64,000 nucleotides of DNA from an uncultured Clostridia bacterium. Its GTDB lineage: Bacteria; Bacillota; Clostridia; Christensenellales; UBA1242. Below are positions 44,802-54,933 of this stretch, piece after piece. Below the pieces are notes generated by a model. It had not been told where the DNA came from. It made no database searches and was given only the letters and a program-made list of their open reading frames with translations. Positions within the stretch are counted from its first letter, which is position 1; each line of letters opens with the position of its first letter. Position numbers and translations under genes: made by a program. The DNA lies in NCBI GenBank assembly GCA_944350275.1, contig CALVOK010000043.1, positions 24,411-88,410 on the forward strand. The letters are read 5' to 3'.

Positions 44802-46103
44802 ATGGGAATTTATTTTGGTACTGATGGACTTAGAGGTATTTATGGTGAGGAAATTACTCCAAGCATTGCATTTAAATGCGGAAATAGTCTAAGTCGTTTT
44901 TGTGAGAATAAAAAAGTGCTTATTGGCAAAGATACAAGAGTTACTGGTGATATTCTCGCACTCTCACTAATAAATGGTCTTATGCAAAATGGTGTTAACT
45001 GCATTGATGTTGGTTTGGTCTCCACCCCTGCAGTTGCCTACCTAACCAAAAAGGAAGGATGCGATTTTGGAGTTATGATTTCGGCAAGTCATAACCCACC
45101 CTGTTATAATGGGATAAAGATTTTTGGCAGTGATGGTTATAAAATTTCAGAGCAACTTGAAAACAATATTGAGAGAAAGTTTATGTTTCAATCAAGTGTC
45201 CCATTTAATAAAATAGGCAGATACTATTTTTGCCCTGACCTTATTAAAAAATATCTAAACTATTGCTATTTGTTATCAGACAATCTTGATGGTTTGAAAG
45301 TGGTGATTGACTGCGGAAATGGTGCTTGTAGCCAACTTGCTAAAAAGATATTTAAGGATAAGAGGGCTAAAGTCTATATCATCAATGACAAGACTGACGG
45401 GCTGAGCATAAACGAAGATTGTGGCGCGCTATACCCCTCCTCTATGGCTAAAGTGGTTTGCCAAAAAGGTGCGGACATTGGAATAAGTTTTGACGGTGAC
45501 GGTGATAGAATTATTGCCTGCGACGAAAGTGGAAATTTGATTGACGGTGATGATATCCTTTTTATCCTTTCAAATTTTTATAATTGCAAAGATGTCGTCG
45601 GTACCACAATGACAAATAAGGGACTTGAAAATGCACTTGTAAAGAAAAATGCCAGCCTCATACGTGCAGACGTCGGCGACAAGTATGTTATTGAAATTAT
45701 GAAAAACAAAAATATCTCTTTGGGTGGTGAGCCATCAGGGCACATCATAATAGGTAAAACTAGCACGACAGGAGACGGTCTTTTGGTTGGTTTGACTCTT
45801 GCAAATATCTTGAAAAAGAGCGGTAAAAAACTTTCTAAACTTGTCTGCTATAAAAAATTTCCTCAAATTAACATCAATGTGGAAGTGTTTGATAAATACC
45901 GAATATTAAACTCCGACAAACTCTCTAGCGAGATTTTATCACTTCAACAACTGTTTGGAAGTGACGGTCGCGTGCTTGTAAGAGCAAGCGGAACAGAAAA
46001 TAAAATTCGTATTATGTGCGAACATAAATCTAAAAATATTGCCTCGCGTTCTGCACAAAATTTAGAGAATTTAATCAAGAAAATAAATGTCGAAAAAGGT
46101 TGA
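44802..46103 (+). CDS. glmM: Phosphoglucosamine mutase
   Basis: MGIYFGTDGLRG..., active-site ISASHNPPCYNGIK, metal loop FDGDGDR, and GEPSGHII. 433 aa. Confidence 0.93.
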   Translation: MGIYFGTDGLRGIYGEEITPSIAFKCGNSLSRFCENKKVLIGKDTRVTGDILALSLINGLMQNGVNCIDVGLVSTPAVAYLTKKEGCDFGVMISASHNPPCYNGIKIFGSDGYKISEQLENNIERKFMFQSSVPFNKIGRYYFCPDLIKKYLNYCYLLSDNLDGLKVVIDCGNGACSQLAKKIFKDKRAKVYIINDKTDGLSINEDCGALYPSSMAKVVCQKGADIGISFDGDGDRIIACDESGNLIDGDDILFILSNFYNCKDVVGTTMTNKGLENALVKKNASLIRADVGDKYVIEIMKNKNISLGGEPSGHIIIGKTSTTGDGLLVGLTLANILKKSGKKLSKLVCYKKFPQININVEVFDKYRILNSDKLSSEILSLQQLFGSDGRVLVRASGTENKIRIMCEHKSKNIASRSAQNLENLIKKINVEKG

Positions 46104-46153
46104 AATTTTCTATAAAAAATAAGTAGTGAGTATGTATAGTAAGTATATAAAAA

Positions 46154-46197
46154 AAGTTTGTGTATTTGAATTGCCACCCATTTACACAAACTTTTCA
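46154..46197 (+). terminator. Rho-independent terminator after glmM
   Basis: 11-bp stem aagtttgtgta/tacacaaactt (46154-46164/46183-46193) followed by a T-rich run. Confidence 0.6.
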
Positions 46198-46320
46198 TAT
46201 TTTCTAAGCACTTTTTATATGTTTTTTATTGTTTTTATTGCTTTTTCACTTTTCTTTTTTTTACTTCATTACGAACTTTTATTTTTTCGTTCTTAATTTT
46301 TCTTTTTTATTTTCTCTCCT

Positions 46321-48060
46321 TTACAGCGGTAGGTCTTTTTTATCAAATCGGAAAATTCCTACTATAAAACATACTATTCCTATACCGAGAAGTATTGCAA
46401 ATTTCCACAGATATGCAAGCGAGCCTGCCATAATGGAAACGGTATCATAGAGAGAAACAATTGATAGATAGTTAAAGAAATCCATTGCACCAATCCTCAT
46501 TGCTGATGGTACGACTGATGAGCCAAACAATCCAAGTATTGTGCAAACTAGAGAAAATATTGTTACACCGCCACCTATTCCGAGAGAATATTTTGTTCTA
46601 TTAAATATCGCCGAGCACATAAAGCAGAAACCTGCTATTGCGAACATTGTTAAGAATGCACCTAGGTTGAAAAGCAGAATTTGTGAATAGTTTATTGCAA
46701 AAGCATTTCCGCCTGAAATCCAAACTGCTATCACCGAGGTCACCGTAAGAAGTGCAAACATTGCAAAGAGTGATACAATTAGGTAGGTCATCTGTGTAAG
46801 AGTCACCGTTCTCCTCTTTGTCGGAGTTGAAAGTACATATGCCATGGAGCCTGAGTCCACCTGTCCTGCTAAAAGTCCATTTGCAGTCATTATAACAAAC
46901 ACCATTGGCATTAAAAGACCTGCTATTCTATAGAAGATTGAACCTATGATAAGACTGTATATGTCCATGTTGCCAAGTTCTTCAAGAGCATTGGAAACCT
47001 CTGCATCTATCTGTCCTGTTATGCTCTTAGTTGCCTCCTCTCTTGCCTTTGAAAGTGCATCTGAATATTCCTCATCTGTCAATTCAAGTGGCAAGCCCTC
47101 TTCATCGGTAGTAAGTTCTTGTATCCAAAATTCATATGTGGTTATTGCAGTATTTGACATAACCTTTGCAGCAAGTGCCATCTGTTCTGCCTCAGTCTGT
47201 TCTTCCTCGCTAAGTTCTCCATCTGTGCCAAAAGAGAGCAAAGCCTGCTGATAGAACATATCATTTACATAGTCATTTGCAAGTGTTTTAAAGTTGTCGT
47301 TATCATAGACGAATGTTCCGCCATCCACTTCTGCCTGAGATTTCTGCTGGTCGTAGCAGGCAAACGCATCACTTGCAAGTTCTCTCGCTGACATGGCTGA
47401 GGCATGAGCGGTCTCTTCTGTTGCATCCTCTTGTGTGAGTGCTGTTGCATAGGCATTATCATAAACATAGTTACCAAATCTTTCCTTTAATGCCGAGATA
47501 ATATTTTCGCTTGTTGCCGTATCGCCTGTGAGGTCTTTATTATCCTCATAGGTAAGCATTAAAAAGTAAAGAAGTTGTTTAAGTTCATCTTCTTCAAAAT
47601 TGAAGTTCTCAGCATACTGCGGGAACATTTCGATAAGTCCTACAATCTGCGTATAAGTGCTATCAACTGCATTGTTTCTTATGATTTCATAGTCGGACTC
47701 GCTAAGTTCTGTTATATCTGGGTTTTCCCGCTTGAATGTCTGTTCGGCACTGTCATAGTTTGATGTTACAAATCCCCAAAGCACCGTCGCCATGCCTGAG
47801 TCGCTAAGCATAATCACCCCATTTTCAAAGTCGACAGCATTGAGATATAAATCATAACTGTCAATAGCGTTGGTCTTTAAATAAGTCTGTTGGTCTGCCT
47901 GAGTAAACACCTCTTTGAGTTGGTCTCGGATATTGTTTATACCGAGATTGCCTAGCACTATGATGACAATTGCAAGCATAATGCAGGTTGAGGCGGTCGC
48001 CATAACCCATTTTACCCAATTGGCTTTCATGGACTGTTTAAAAAGTGCTTTACTGAACAT
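46321..48060 (-). CDS. ABC-2-type transporter permease with a large extracytoplasmic domain
   Basis: 579 aa with an N-terminal TM, a roughly 330-aa acidic soluble domain, then about 5 C-terminal TM helices. Its start overlaps the stop of the upstream ATPase gene. Confidence 0.7.
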   Translation of the reverse strand: MFSKALFKQSMKANWVKWVMATASTCIMLAIVIIVLGNLGINNIRDQLKEVFTQADQQTYLKTNAIDSYDLYLNAVDFENGVIMLSDSGMATVLWGFVTSNYDSAEQTFKRENPDITELSESDYEIIRNNAVDSTYTQIVGLIEMFPQYAENFNFEEDELKQLLYFLMLTYEDNKDLTGDTATSENIISALKERFGNYVYDNAYATALTQEDATEETAHASAMSARELASDAFACYDQQKSQAEVDGGTFVYDNDNFKTLANDYVNDMFYQQALLSFGTDGELSEEEQTEAEQMALAAKVMSNTAITTYEFWIQELTTDEEGLPLELTDEEYSDALSKAREEATKSITGQIDAEVSNALEELGNMDIYSLIIGSIFYRIAGLLMPMVFVIMTANGLLAGQVDSGSMAYVLSTPTKRRTVTLTQMTYLIVSLFAMFALLTVTSVIAVWISGGNAFAINYSQILLFNLGAFLTMFAIAGFCFMCSAIFNRTKYSLGIGGGVTIFSLVCTILGLFGSSVVPSAMRIGAMDFFNYLSIVSLYDTVSIMAGSLAYLWKFAILLGIGIVCFIVGIFRFDKKDLPL

Positions 48061-49234
48061 TTTTGCCTCCTTTTTTGCTATCCTTTTTCATCTTCTTTTT
48101 ATATTTTTTATCTGATTTTAAAATATCTTTTTTAATCGTCTTTATCTCTTTTATTTGACGTTTATTTTCTTTCTTCTCAGCCTTTACCTTAGGTTTATTG
48201 AAGAATTTTTCACTTTTTTCCTCTTCGTTTGCCTTTTTAACCTGTCTCTTGTTTTCATGTTTTTCGAATTTTATCTCTTCTTTGGTCTTTTCAGAGATGT
48301 CCTTCTCTTTCGACTGCTTTAACTCCTCTTCCTGTCTTAAATACTCCTCGGCAAGCACCTTTTTGAAGTACTTTTCAAGGTTATATTTGACCTCGCTCAT
48401 AAATTTGAGGTGGTAATTTTTTAGCACATTGAAAAGGCGGTTTATATCACTGTTTTTTATCTTTATTGTAACTTGATTGTATTTCTCTTGGTCTCTAACA
48501 ATCTCATATTTGAGTCTTTTAAACTTAAGATACTCCTCTCTCGTTGTAAACTCAATTTTGTAGTCCTTATATTCGCTATTTTTAATATCACTCAGTTTTG
48601 CTATATCTATAATATGTCCATTGAAGATAAGAGCAACTCGGTCACAAACCTGTTCAAGTTCATCAAAACTCTGACTGCTCATAAGGATAGTTTTACCTTT
48701 TTTCTTCTCTTCGAGCAGAAGTTCGGTGAAAGTTTCTCGCATTAGAGGGTCAAGTCCTGTGTTCGCCTCGTCAAGAATTAGAATATCCTTATCTGCCATA
48801 AAGGCGGCAACTATGGCAGTCTTTTGTTTCATGCCCTTGCTCATACGTTTTAGGTTTGCAGATGGGTCAAGTTGAAGTCTATCGACAAGATAATTTGCAT
48901 AGTCCATATTTTGCAGGCCCAAAAGTTCTGCCTGCGCCTTTAAAAAACTATTCCCATCGTTTAGGTCAGGAAATGCTATCTCGCCAGGAACATACTCGAC
49001 ATACTTTTTTATCTCGCAGGAGTTTTTCCATGAGTCAAGTCCCATGACAGTTACACTGCCCTCTTGCGCCTTTAAAAAGCCCATGATATGACGAATTGTA
49101 GTGGTCTTACCGCTTCCATTCGTTCCGACAAAGCCAAAGACTTCACCCTTTGCAATAGAAAAGTTTAGGTCAAAAATTCCCCTCTTATCACCATAATCTT
49201 TTGTAAGGTGTTTTGCTTCAATCACGTACTCCAT
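48050..49234 (-). CDS. ABC transporter ATP-binding protein with a Lys/Glu-rich C-terminal extension
   Basis: The start at 49234 (MEYVIEAKHL..., RBS gaggtg) is preferred. Walker A GTNGSGKTT, signature MSKGMKQK, Walker B ILILDEAN. About the last 110 aa are low-complexity K/E-rich. Confidence 0.85.
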   Translation of the reverse strand: MEYVIEAKHLTKDYGDKRGIFDLNFSIAKGEVFGFVGTNGSGKTTTIRHIMGFLKAQEGSVTVMGLDSWKNSCEIKKYVEYVPGEIAFPDLNDGNSFLKAQAELLGLQNMDYANYLVDRLQLDPSANLKRMSKGMKQKTAIVAAFMADKDILILDEANTGLDPLMRETFTELLLEEKKKGKTILMSSQSFDELEQVCDRVALIFNGHIIDIAKLSDIKNSEYKDYKIEFTTREEYLKFKRLKYEIVRDQEKYNQVTIKIKNSDINRLFNVLKNYHLKFMSEVKYNLEKYFKKVLAEEYLRQEEELKQSKEKDISEKTKEEIKFEKHENKRQVKKANEEEKSEKFFNKPKVKAEKKENKRQIKEIKTIKKDILKSDKKYKKKMKKDSKKGGKNVQ

Positions 49235-49235
49235 A

Positions 49236-50189
49236 TTACACCTCAATCCCAAATTTTTTGTCCTCTTTGTAGAACTTCATAAAGTAATCTTCAAGAGTAA
49301 ATTTAACCTGTTGGTATGACTCTATCTTATACTCACTCAGCATATCAATTAGCAAGTTTATATCCTTATCATTGACGGCAATTGTGAGTGTCTTATTATC
49401 TCTGTCAACCTCTTTAAGTGAAATTTTCTTAATTAAAATGGCATTTTTGCGAAGGACTGGAAGTTTTGCTATTACCTCTTCCATCTCTTTGGCATTTTTA
49501 AAGGTAACATTAAATGTCTTATTCTCATTACGAGTGATTTCGCTGGTATTAAACTCAGAGACTTTGTGACCATCTTTAATAATTGCAATGCGGTCGCAGG
49601 TCGCCTCAACTTCATTGAACATATGTGATGAAAGTAATACCGTTTTGCCTCGTTTCTTTTCCTCTTTTACAAAATCAATAAAGGTCTGTTGCATAACAGG
49701 GTCAAGGGCACTCGTCGGCTCGTCAAGAACAAGCAGTTCTGGGTCATGCATAAACGCGGTGACTATTGCAAGTTTTCGTTTGTCGCCAAGGCTCATTTTC
49801 TTTGTCTCGCCTGATGGGTCAAGTTTAAACATATTTAATAGGTACTCAAGTCTCTCTTTGTTTTCAACTTTGCGTAGCGACCACATCATTCTTATAAATT
49901 CCCAACCTGTCAGTCCATCTGGAAGAGCAATCTCGCCAGGCAGATATCCTACCTTGTCGAGAATTTTATGATAATTTGCAAAAGCCTCCATGCCAAAGAC
50001 GGTAATCTTACCACTTTGTGCCTTTGAAAAACCCATTATATGACGGATAGTTGTTGACTTGCCTGCTCCGTTTGGACCTAAAAAACCGAACACCTCGCCC
50101 TTTTTAACAGAAAAAGAGACGTCAAAAACTCCTCTACCATGTCCGTAGTCTTGCGTCAATTTGTCAACAACAATTATATTTTCTTCCAT
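49236..50189 (-). CDS. ABC transporter ATP-binding protein
   Basis: Walker A GPNGAGKST, signature LSLGDKRKL, Walker B LLVLDEPTSALD. 317 aa. Confidence 0.9.
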   Translation of the reverse strand: MEENIIVVDKLTQDYGHGRGVFDVSFSVKKGEVFGFLGPNGAGKSTTIRHIMGFSKAQSGKITVFGMEAFANYHKILDKVGYLPGEIALPDGLTGWEFIRMMWSLRKVENKERLEYLLNMFKLDPSGETKKMSLGDKRKLAIVTAFMHDPELLVLDEPTSALDPVMQQTFIDFVKEEKKRGKTVLLSSHMFNEVEATCDRIAIIKDGHKVSEFNTSEITRNENKTFNVTFKNAKEMEEVIAKLPVLRKNAILIKKISLKEVDRDNKTLTIAVNDKDINLLIDMLSEYKIESYQQVKFTLEDYFMKFYKEDKKFGIEV

Positions 50190-50382
50190 GGCTCTTCGTC
50201 TCCTTTTATTTTTTATTCATTTTTTAGTTTTTATGATAAAAATTACTTTAAAATTGGTCTATTTATTGCTTAATTTTATGAGTAACATCTTTTCATGTTT
50301 TTTCTCTAGCATTTCTGCAATTTTATTCGCCCTTTTAGTAGTTATTATTATACCATATTTATCATAAAAAACAAATGATTTT

Positions 50383-51816
50383 TTACAATTTTAGTCTTTC
50401 TACTTCCTCCTCGTCATTATGCTTTATTAACTTGTTATCAATGACATACTTTGGTTTATAGTCTTTTTCAATTATCTTTTCACTGCAATTTGTGATTGAG
50501 TTTACCACTCCAGTCGCGCACTCAACCTCTAGATTAGACAGAAGTTCGAGTTTGCCGTTGTCCTGTGTGTTCGACCGCTCATCACTTACAAATTGTAAAA
50601 ACTGCAATGAAGAGATGAGTTTTTTAAAACTCTTTTCTCCTCCCCCGACGCTTTTTACCGAGTAGAGCATCTTGAAACTGCATTTAAGTTCTTCTAAATA
50701 TTGTCTCTCTTTTTCATTTTGACAAGGATAGTTTTCTAAGATTTTATCAACAGATATGGTGTTTATCTTCTTTCCTTTAACCTTTATATTCAAAAACGGC
50801 ATACCATAATTGAGATTTTGCCTGTCTAGTTTCTCAAGTTCCTCGTGACTTTTATTGTCAAGACTTAAAAGGTATCTGACAAGGTGTTTGCAGTCAATTG
50901 AGTTACACTTGCCTGTTTTCCACCTAATTCTTCTGTCGCCGTCTCGGTATTTTCTTATACATAAAAGCAAATCATCCTCATTTTGAAAATGGAAATGTGG
51001 GTTGTCCGACTCAATTCCAAATACCTCTATCCGTTTGTCACCCTCCAAAAAGGTGTTGGTGTGCGTCATGCTGGCACTATCATATCTCACAAATGGATGG
51101 CTCTTTTTAGGGTCACCCTCGAGAAGTGAGTAAAGCGAAATTGAAAATGTCCTATTGTATAGCCTTGGGTTAAACCTAAGTTTCTCTTTCTCTTCCCCTT
51201 CAAGTCCGCTTCCTGCCTCTTTGATATGATGATAATTTATTGGTTCAAACTTCAAATTTGTTACCTTTGCAAAAAGCATATTCTCATCTTTTGTGGTGTA
51301 AAACTGCACGTCGTTTGAGTTTATTATCTTTCGTCTCTTAAAATCGCTTTCATTGTGGAAATTTATATTGTTCCCAAACTTATGTAGTGGCAAAGAGTAG
51401 TCGTACCTGTCAATATATATTGGATACTTCTCGCATTCCTGCAAAAGCATATAGTCATTGTTTGACAAAATAATTGGTCTATGTTGCCAACTTCTCTCCA
51501 TAAAGTCAGAGACGTCGAAACTTTGAAGTTCCTCCTCTAACCCATTTGTAGTGTAAAGGTCGTACTGATCGGCGTGGTCGTCATACTGTTTGATGTTCTC
51601 CTTTATTGCCTCTTTTACCGCCTGCTTTGCCTTTTGCGGTGGCAATGATAGTGACTTTAAAGTGCTTGCAAGTTTTAGCAAGGAATACTCCTCATCATTT
51701 GACATAATATATGCCTCAACCTCTCTATCAAGTTGCGAAATAGTTTGTCTTTTGTGCGATTGAGGTTTCTTAGGTCTATTGAGTTTATCTCTGCTGTGAG
51801 AATGATAGGTGTTCAT
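50383..51816 (-). CDS. Hypothetical protein (477 aa), no recognisable domain
   Basis: A long uninterrupted ORF with its own AT-rich flanks. Basic N-terminus (HSHSRDKLNRPKKPQSHKRQ). No motif identified by eye. Confidence 0.55.
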   Translation of the reverse strand: MNTYHSHSRDKLNRPKKPQSHKRQTISQLDREVEAYIMSNDEEYSLLKLASTLKSLSLPPQKAKQAVKEAIKENIKQYDDHADQYDLYTTNGLEEELQSFDVSDFMERSWQHRPIILSNNDYMLLQECEKYPIYIDRYDYSLPLHKFGNNINFHNESDFKRRKIINSNDVQFYTTKDENMLFAKVTNLKFEPINYHHIKEAGSGLEGEEKEKLRFNPRLYNRTFSISLYSLLEGDPKKSHPFVRYDSASMTHTNTFLEGDKRIEVFGIESDNPHFHFQNEDDLLLCIRKYRDGDRRIRWKTGKCNSIDCKHLVRYLLSLDNKSHEELEKLDRQNLNYGMPFLNIKVKGKKINTISVDKILENYPCQNEKERQYLEELKCSFKMLYSVKSVGGGEKSFKKLISSLQFLQFVSDERSNTQDNGKLELLSNLEVECATGVVNSITNCSEKIIEKDYKPKYVIDNKLIKHNDEEEVERLKL

Positions 51817-52002
51817 AATTTTTGTCCTTTTTTACATTTTACCACAATAAAATATCTTTTGCAATAACTTAGAGGACAATTTTAAATATTTTTTTAGTTA
51901 ACTACTTATAACAATTTTTAAATTTTCTATTTTATTTTTATATTTTTTATGTTATAATACAAAAAATGCTAAATTTAGCACAGACTAAAACAGAGAGAAA
52001 TT

Positions 52003-53145
52003 ATGAAAATTGTAATTGTTTGTGATATATTAGGTAAGAAAAACAATGGGACAAGCATTGCCTCTTATAATCTTATAAACTCGCTAAAGTCAAAGGGACA
52101 TGATGTGAAAGTTATATGTTGCGACCTCGACGATAGCGAAGATAAAGAGGGTTTTATTATTCTTAACAAACTCAATCTTGGACCACTAAATAAAATTGTG
52201 GAGAGAAATGGTGTGTCTCTACCATTAAAAGATAAAAAGGCAATAATAAATGCCATAAAGGGATGTGACCTAGTCCATGTTATGCTACCCTTTCCTCTGG
52301 GAATAACTGCCTGCCGAATGGCAAAAAAGTTGGGCAAACCTGTGACCGCTGGCTTTCACTGCCAGGCTGAACTTATCTCCTCACACCTTGGACTTATGAA
52401 CTGCCAGCCTGTTAACACTCAAATTTACAAACGGTTTTACAGTCGTCTCTATCAATTTTGTGATGCCATACACTATCCAACACAGTTTATATGCGACGTG
52501 TTTGAAAATATAGTGGGAGAGACTAACCACTATATAATAAGTAATGGTGTAAACAAATATATGACAAGCAAGGTTTGCAATAAGCCTCAGTCACTAAAAG
52601 ATAAATTTATAATTCTAAGCACTGGCAGGCTGTGCAAAGAAAAATCTCATATGACTCTATTTAAAGCGGTTGCCTGCTCAAAACATAACAGCGAAATTCA
52701 AATCATTATTGCAGGACAGGGGCCACTTAAATGCAAACTTGAAAAATATGCTGATGAGAATATCGCGAATAAACCTATCATAAAATATTTCTCACGCGAA
52801 GAGATGATCGACCTTGTAAACTACTCCGACCTCTATGTCCACCCTGCAAAAGCAGAACTTGAGGGTATTGCCTGTCTTGAGGCAGTCGTTTGTGGACTTG
52901 TGCCTATTGTGTCAAACTCTAAAAAAAGTGCCACAAAAGATTTTGCAATCTCTGACTATAACATATTTAACTGTGATGACTATAATGACCTTGCAAGTAA
53001 AATTGACTATTGGTTTGAGCATCCTGAAGAAAAACAAATCTATAAAAATAAGTACATACAATTTGGAGAAAAATTCAATCAAGAAGAATGCATGGATAAA
53101 ATGGAAGAAATGTTCAATGATGTACTCAAAAATAGAGTAAAATAA
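52003..53145 (+). CDS. GT4-family (GT-B fold) glycosyltransferase
   Basis: MKIVIVCD...GTSIA N-terminus and C-terminal E-x7-E type motif (ELEGIACLEAV). 380 aa. Confidence 0.8.
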   Translation: MKIVIVCDILGKKNNGTSIASYNLINSLKSKGHDVKVICCDLDDSEDKEGFIILNKLNLGPLNKIVERNGVSLPLKDKKAIINAIKGCDLVHVMLPFPLGITACRMAKKLGKPVTAGFHCQAELISSHLGLMNCQPVNTQIYKRFYSRLYQFCDAIHYPTQFICDVFENIVGETNHYIISNGVNKYMTSKVCNKPQSLKDKFIILSTGRLCKEKSHMTLFKAVACSKHNSEIQIIIAGQGPLKCKLEKYADENIANKPIIKYFSREEMIDLVNYSDLYVHPAKAELEGIACLEAVVCGLVPIVSNSKKSATKDFAISDYNIFNCDDYNDLASKIDYWFEHPEEKQIYKNKYIQFGEKFNQEECMDKMEEMFNDVLKNRVK

Positions 53146-53261
53146 CAAAAATATTTAAAAAATATGGTAAAAAACACTTAAAATGCTAAAATTTTCAGTC
53201 AAATAATGTCTTTTAGAAAAATATAATAAAAAAATTCAAAAGCAAAAAAACGAGTCAAATA

Positions 53262-53978
53262 ATGAAAAATTGGTTAAATAACTATAAAAATATGCCTTAT
53301 AAACAAAAGACAAGCCTCCACAATAAAATTTCAATGGGGGCAAATTTTGCGTGGAGTTTGTTAAAACTTGTGCTTGCTGGTGTAATTTCCTCTTTCTTTT
53401 TGACTCTGAGCGGATTTTACACAATGTGTCTTGCACTTGCAAAATGTTCCTATTTTGACGGAAGAAGAAATGCGAAAAATCTCTTTAAAGAGGAAAAATA
53501 TTATAAACAGATTGCCTTTATGATGATGATTGCAGGACTTATTTATCTTCTCTATATCTTAGAAATTTTTATTTACACACATGAGCAATCTTATGGACTT
53601 ATAATTTCCATTACCTTTGCACTAATTGCATTTTGCGAAATATTTTTCTCGGTGCGAGGACTTATTAAATCTTGGGCATCAAAAGACCTATTGCTTATTG
53701 GACTTAAACTTATCAACATCTCCTCCGCCCTTTCTTCTCTTGTTTTAACTCAAATTGCCCTGCTTTCTGTAAATTCCACCTCTACAAATACCATTCTCTA
53801 CAACACCCTATTTGGTATGTTTATAGGACTTATCACTATGGCACTTGGCATATATATGTTTTTCTATCTTACCTACTTTAACAAAAAACATTTTCATCTA
53901 ATTAAAAAACAAATTAAGTTTAAATTGTGTCAAAAAAAGATAAATATAAAATCAATACAGATAAATTATCACACGTAA
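53262..53978 (+). CDS. Integral membrane protein (about 6 TM), unknown function
   Basis: 238-aa ORF with regularly spaced hydrophobic helices. Confidence 0.55.
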   Translation: MKNWLNNYKNMPYKQKTSLHNKISMGANFAWSLLKLVLAGVISSFFLTLSGFYTMCLALAKCSYFDGRRNAKNLFKEEKYYKQIAFMMMIAGLIYLLYILEIFIYTHEQSYGLIISITFALIAFCEIFFSVRGLIKSWASKDLLLIGLKLINISSALSSLVLTQIALLSVNSTSTNTILYNTLFGMFIGLITMALGIYMFFYLTYFNKKHFHLIKKQIKFKLCQKKINIKSIQINYHT

Positions 53979-54092
53979 ATAAGATAAAAACAAGAAAAAT
54001 TCACAAAAAAATATGAAAAAACAGTAAAAAACATAAAAAAATGGTTAATTTTTTAGATTTTTATTAGTTTTAATATAATTTAAGGAGAAAAC

Positions 54093-54794
54093 ATGAAGGT
54101 TACAATAGTTGGAAATCACTGCACTTGGACAAGAGCACTATCAACAAGTTTTTTAATTAATGATGAACTTATTGTAGATGTTCCACAGGGAAGTTTTAAG
54201 TCGCTATATAGAGATTATGGGCTTGACAATATTAAATACATTTTAATCACACATTTTCATAGCGACCACTTTGCAGATTTGCACTTAGTGATTGATATTC
54301 TCTCTAGGAGAAAAGGAAAATATGTTATTTTAGCACCAAAAGGTTGCAAAGAGAGACTTTTTTCCATTTTCCATGCTTTTGATGTCCCTCACCTTAAAAA
54401 ACCAGTGGAAGAAAAATTTGAGTTTTTAGAGTGTGAAAATGGCAAATCCTACTCGCTCGGCAAATACAAAATCAAGACCTACAAGATGATTCACGGCAGT
54501 TTAGATGCCTATGGCTACATAATTGATGACGGAAGAGTTAAAGTGGGCTTTTCAGGTGACACCTGTATGTGCAATAGCCTTTTAAAAATTATCAAAAAAT
54601 CTAACGCTATCTTTATAGACGCCTCAAAAATAGATGAAAACCTAAATCATTTGTCGGTAAATGAGGTGCTGAATTTGTCAAGAGAATATAAAAACACAAC
54701 TTTCTATCCTGTTCACATTTCAGATGCCACAAAAAAATTAGTAAAAGACTTTGGACTTAATGAAACAAGCGAGGGGCAGATAATCTACTTTTAA
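54093..54794 (+). CDS. MBL-fold metallo-hydrolase (RNase Z/phosphodiesterase-like)
   Basis: ILITHFHSDHF (HxHxDH) and downstream His/Asp ligands. 233 aa, with the RBS aaggag. Confidence 0.75.
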   Translation: MKVTIVGNHCTWTRALSTSFLINDELIVDVPQGSFKSLYRDYGLDNIKYILITHFHSDHFADLHLVIDILSRRKGKYVILAPKGCKERLFSIFHAFDVPHLKKPVEEKFEFLECENGKSYSLGKYKIKTYKMIHGSLDAYGYIIDDGRVKVGFSGDTCMCNSLLKIIKKSNAIFIDASKIDENLNHLSVNEVLNLSREYKNTTFYPVHISDATKKLVKDFGLNETSEGQIIYF

Positions 54795-54833
54795 TTGTTG
54801 TTTTATTTATTATAAAAAAAACATTATTAATAC

Positions 54834-54865
54834 AAAAAGTGCTTAAAAACATAAGCACTTTTTAT
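54834..54865. terminator. Bidirectional Rho-independent terminator between the MBL hydrolase gene (+) and pepF (-)
   Basis: 8-bp stem agtgctta/taagcact (54838-54845/54852-54859), flanked by an A-run and a T-run. Confidence 0.75.
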
Positions 54866-54933
54866 TACATTTTTTAATTATTATGTCAAAAAAATATTTT
54901 GTATGTTGTTAATTTATTTTAATTTATCATATA

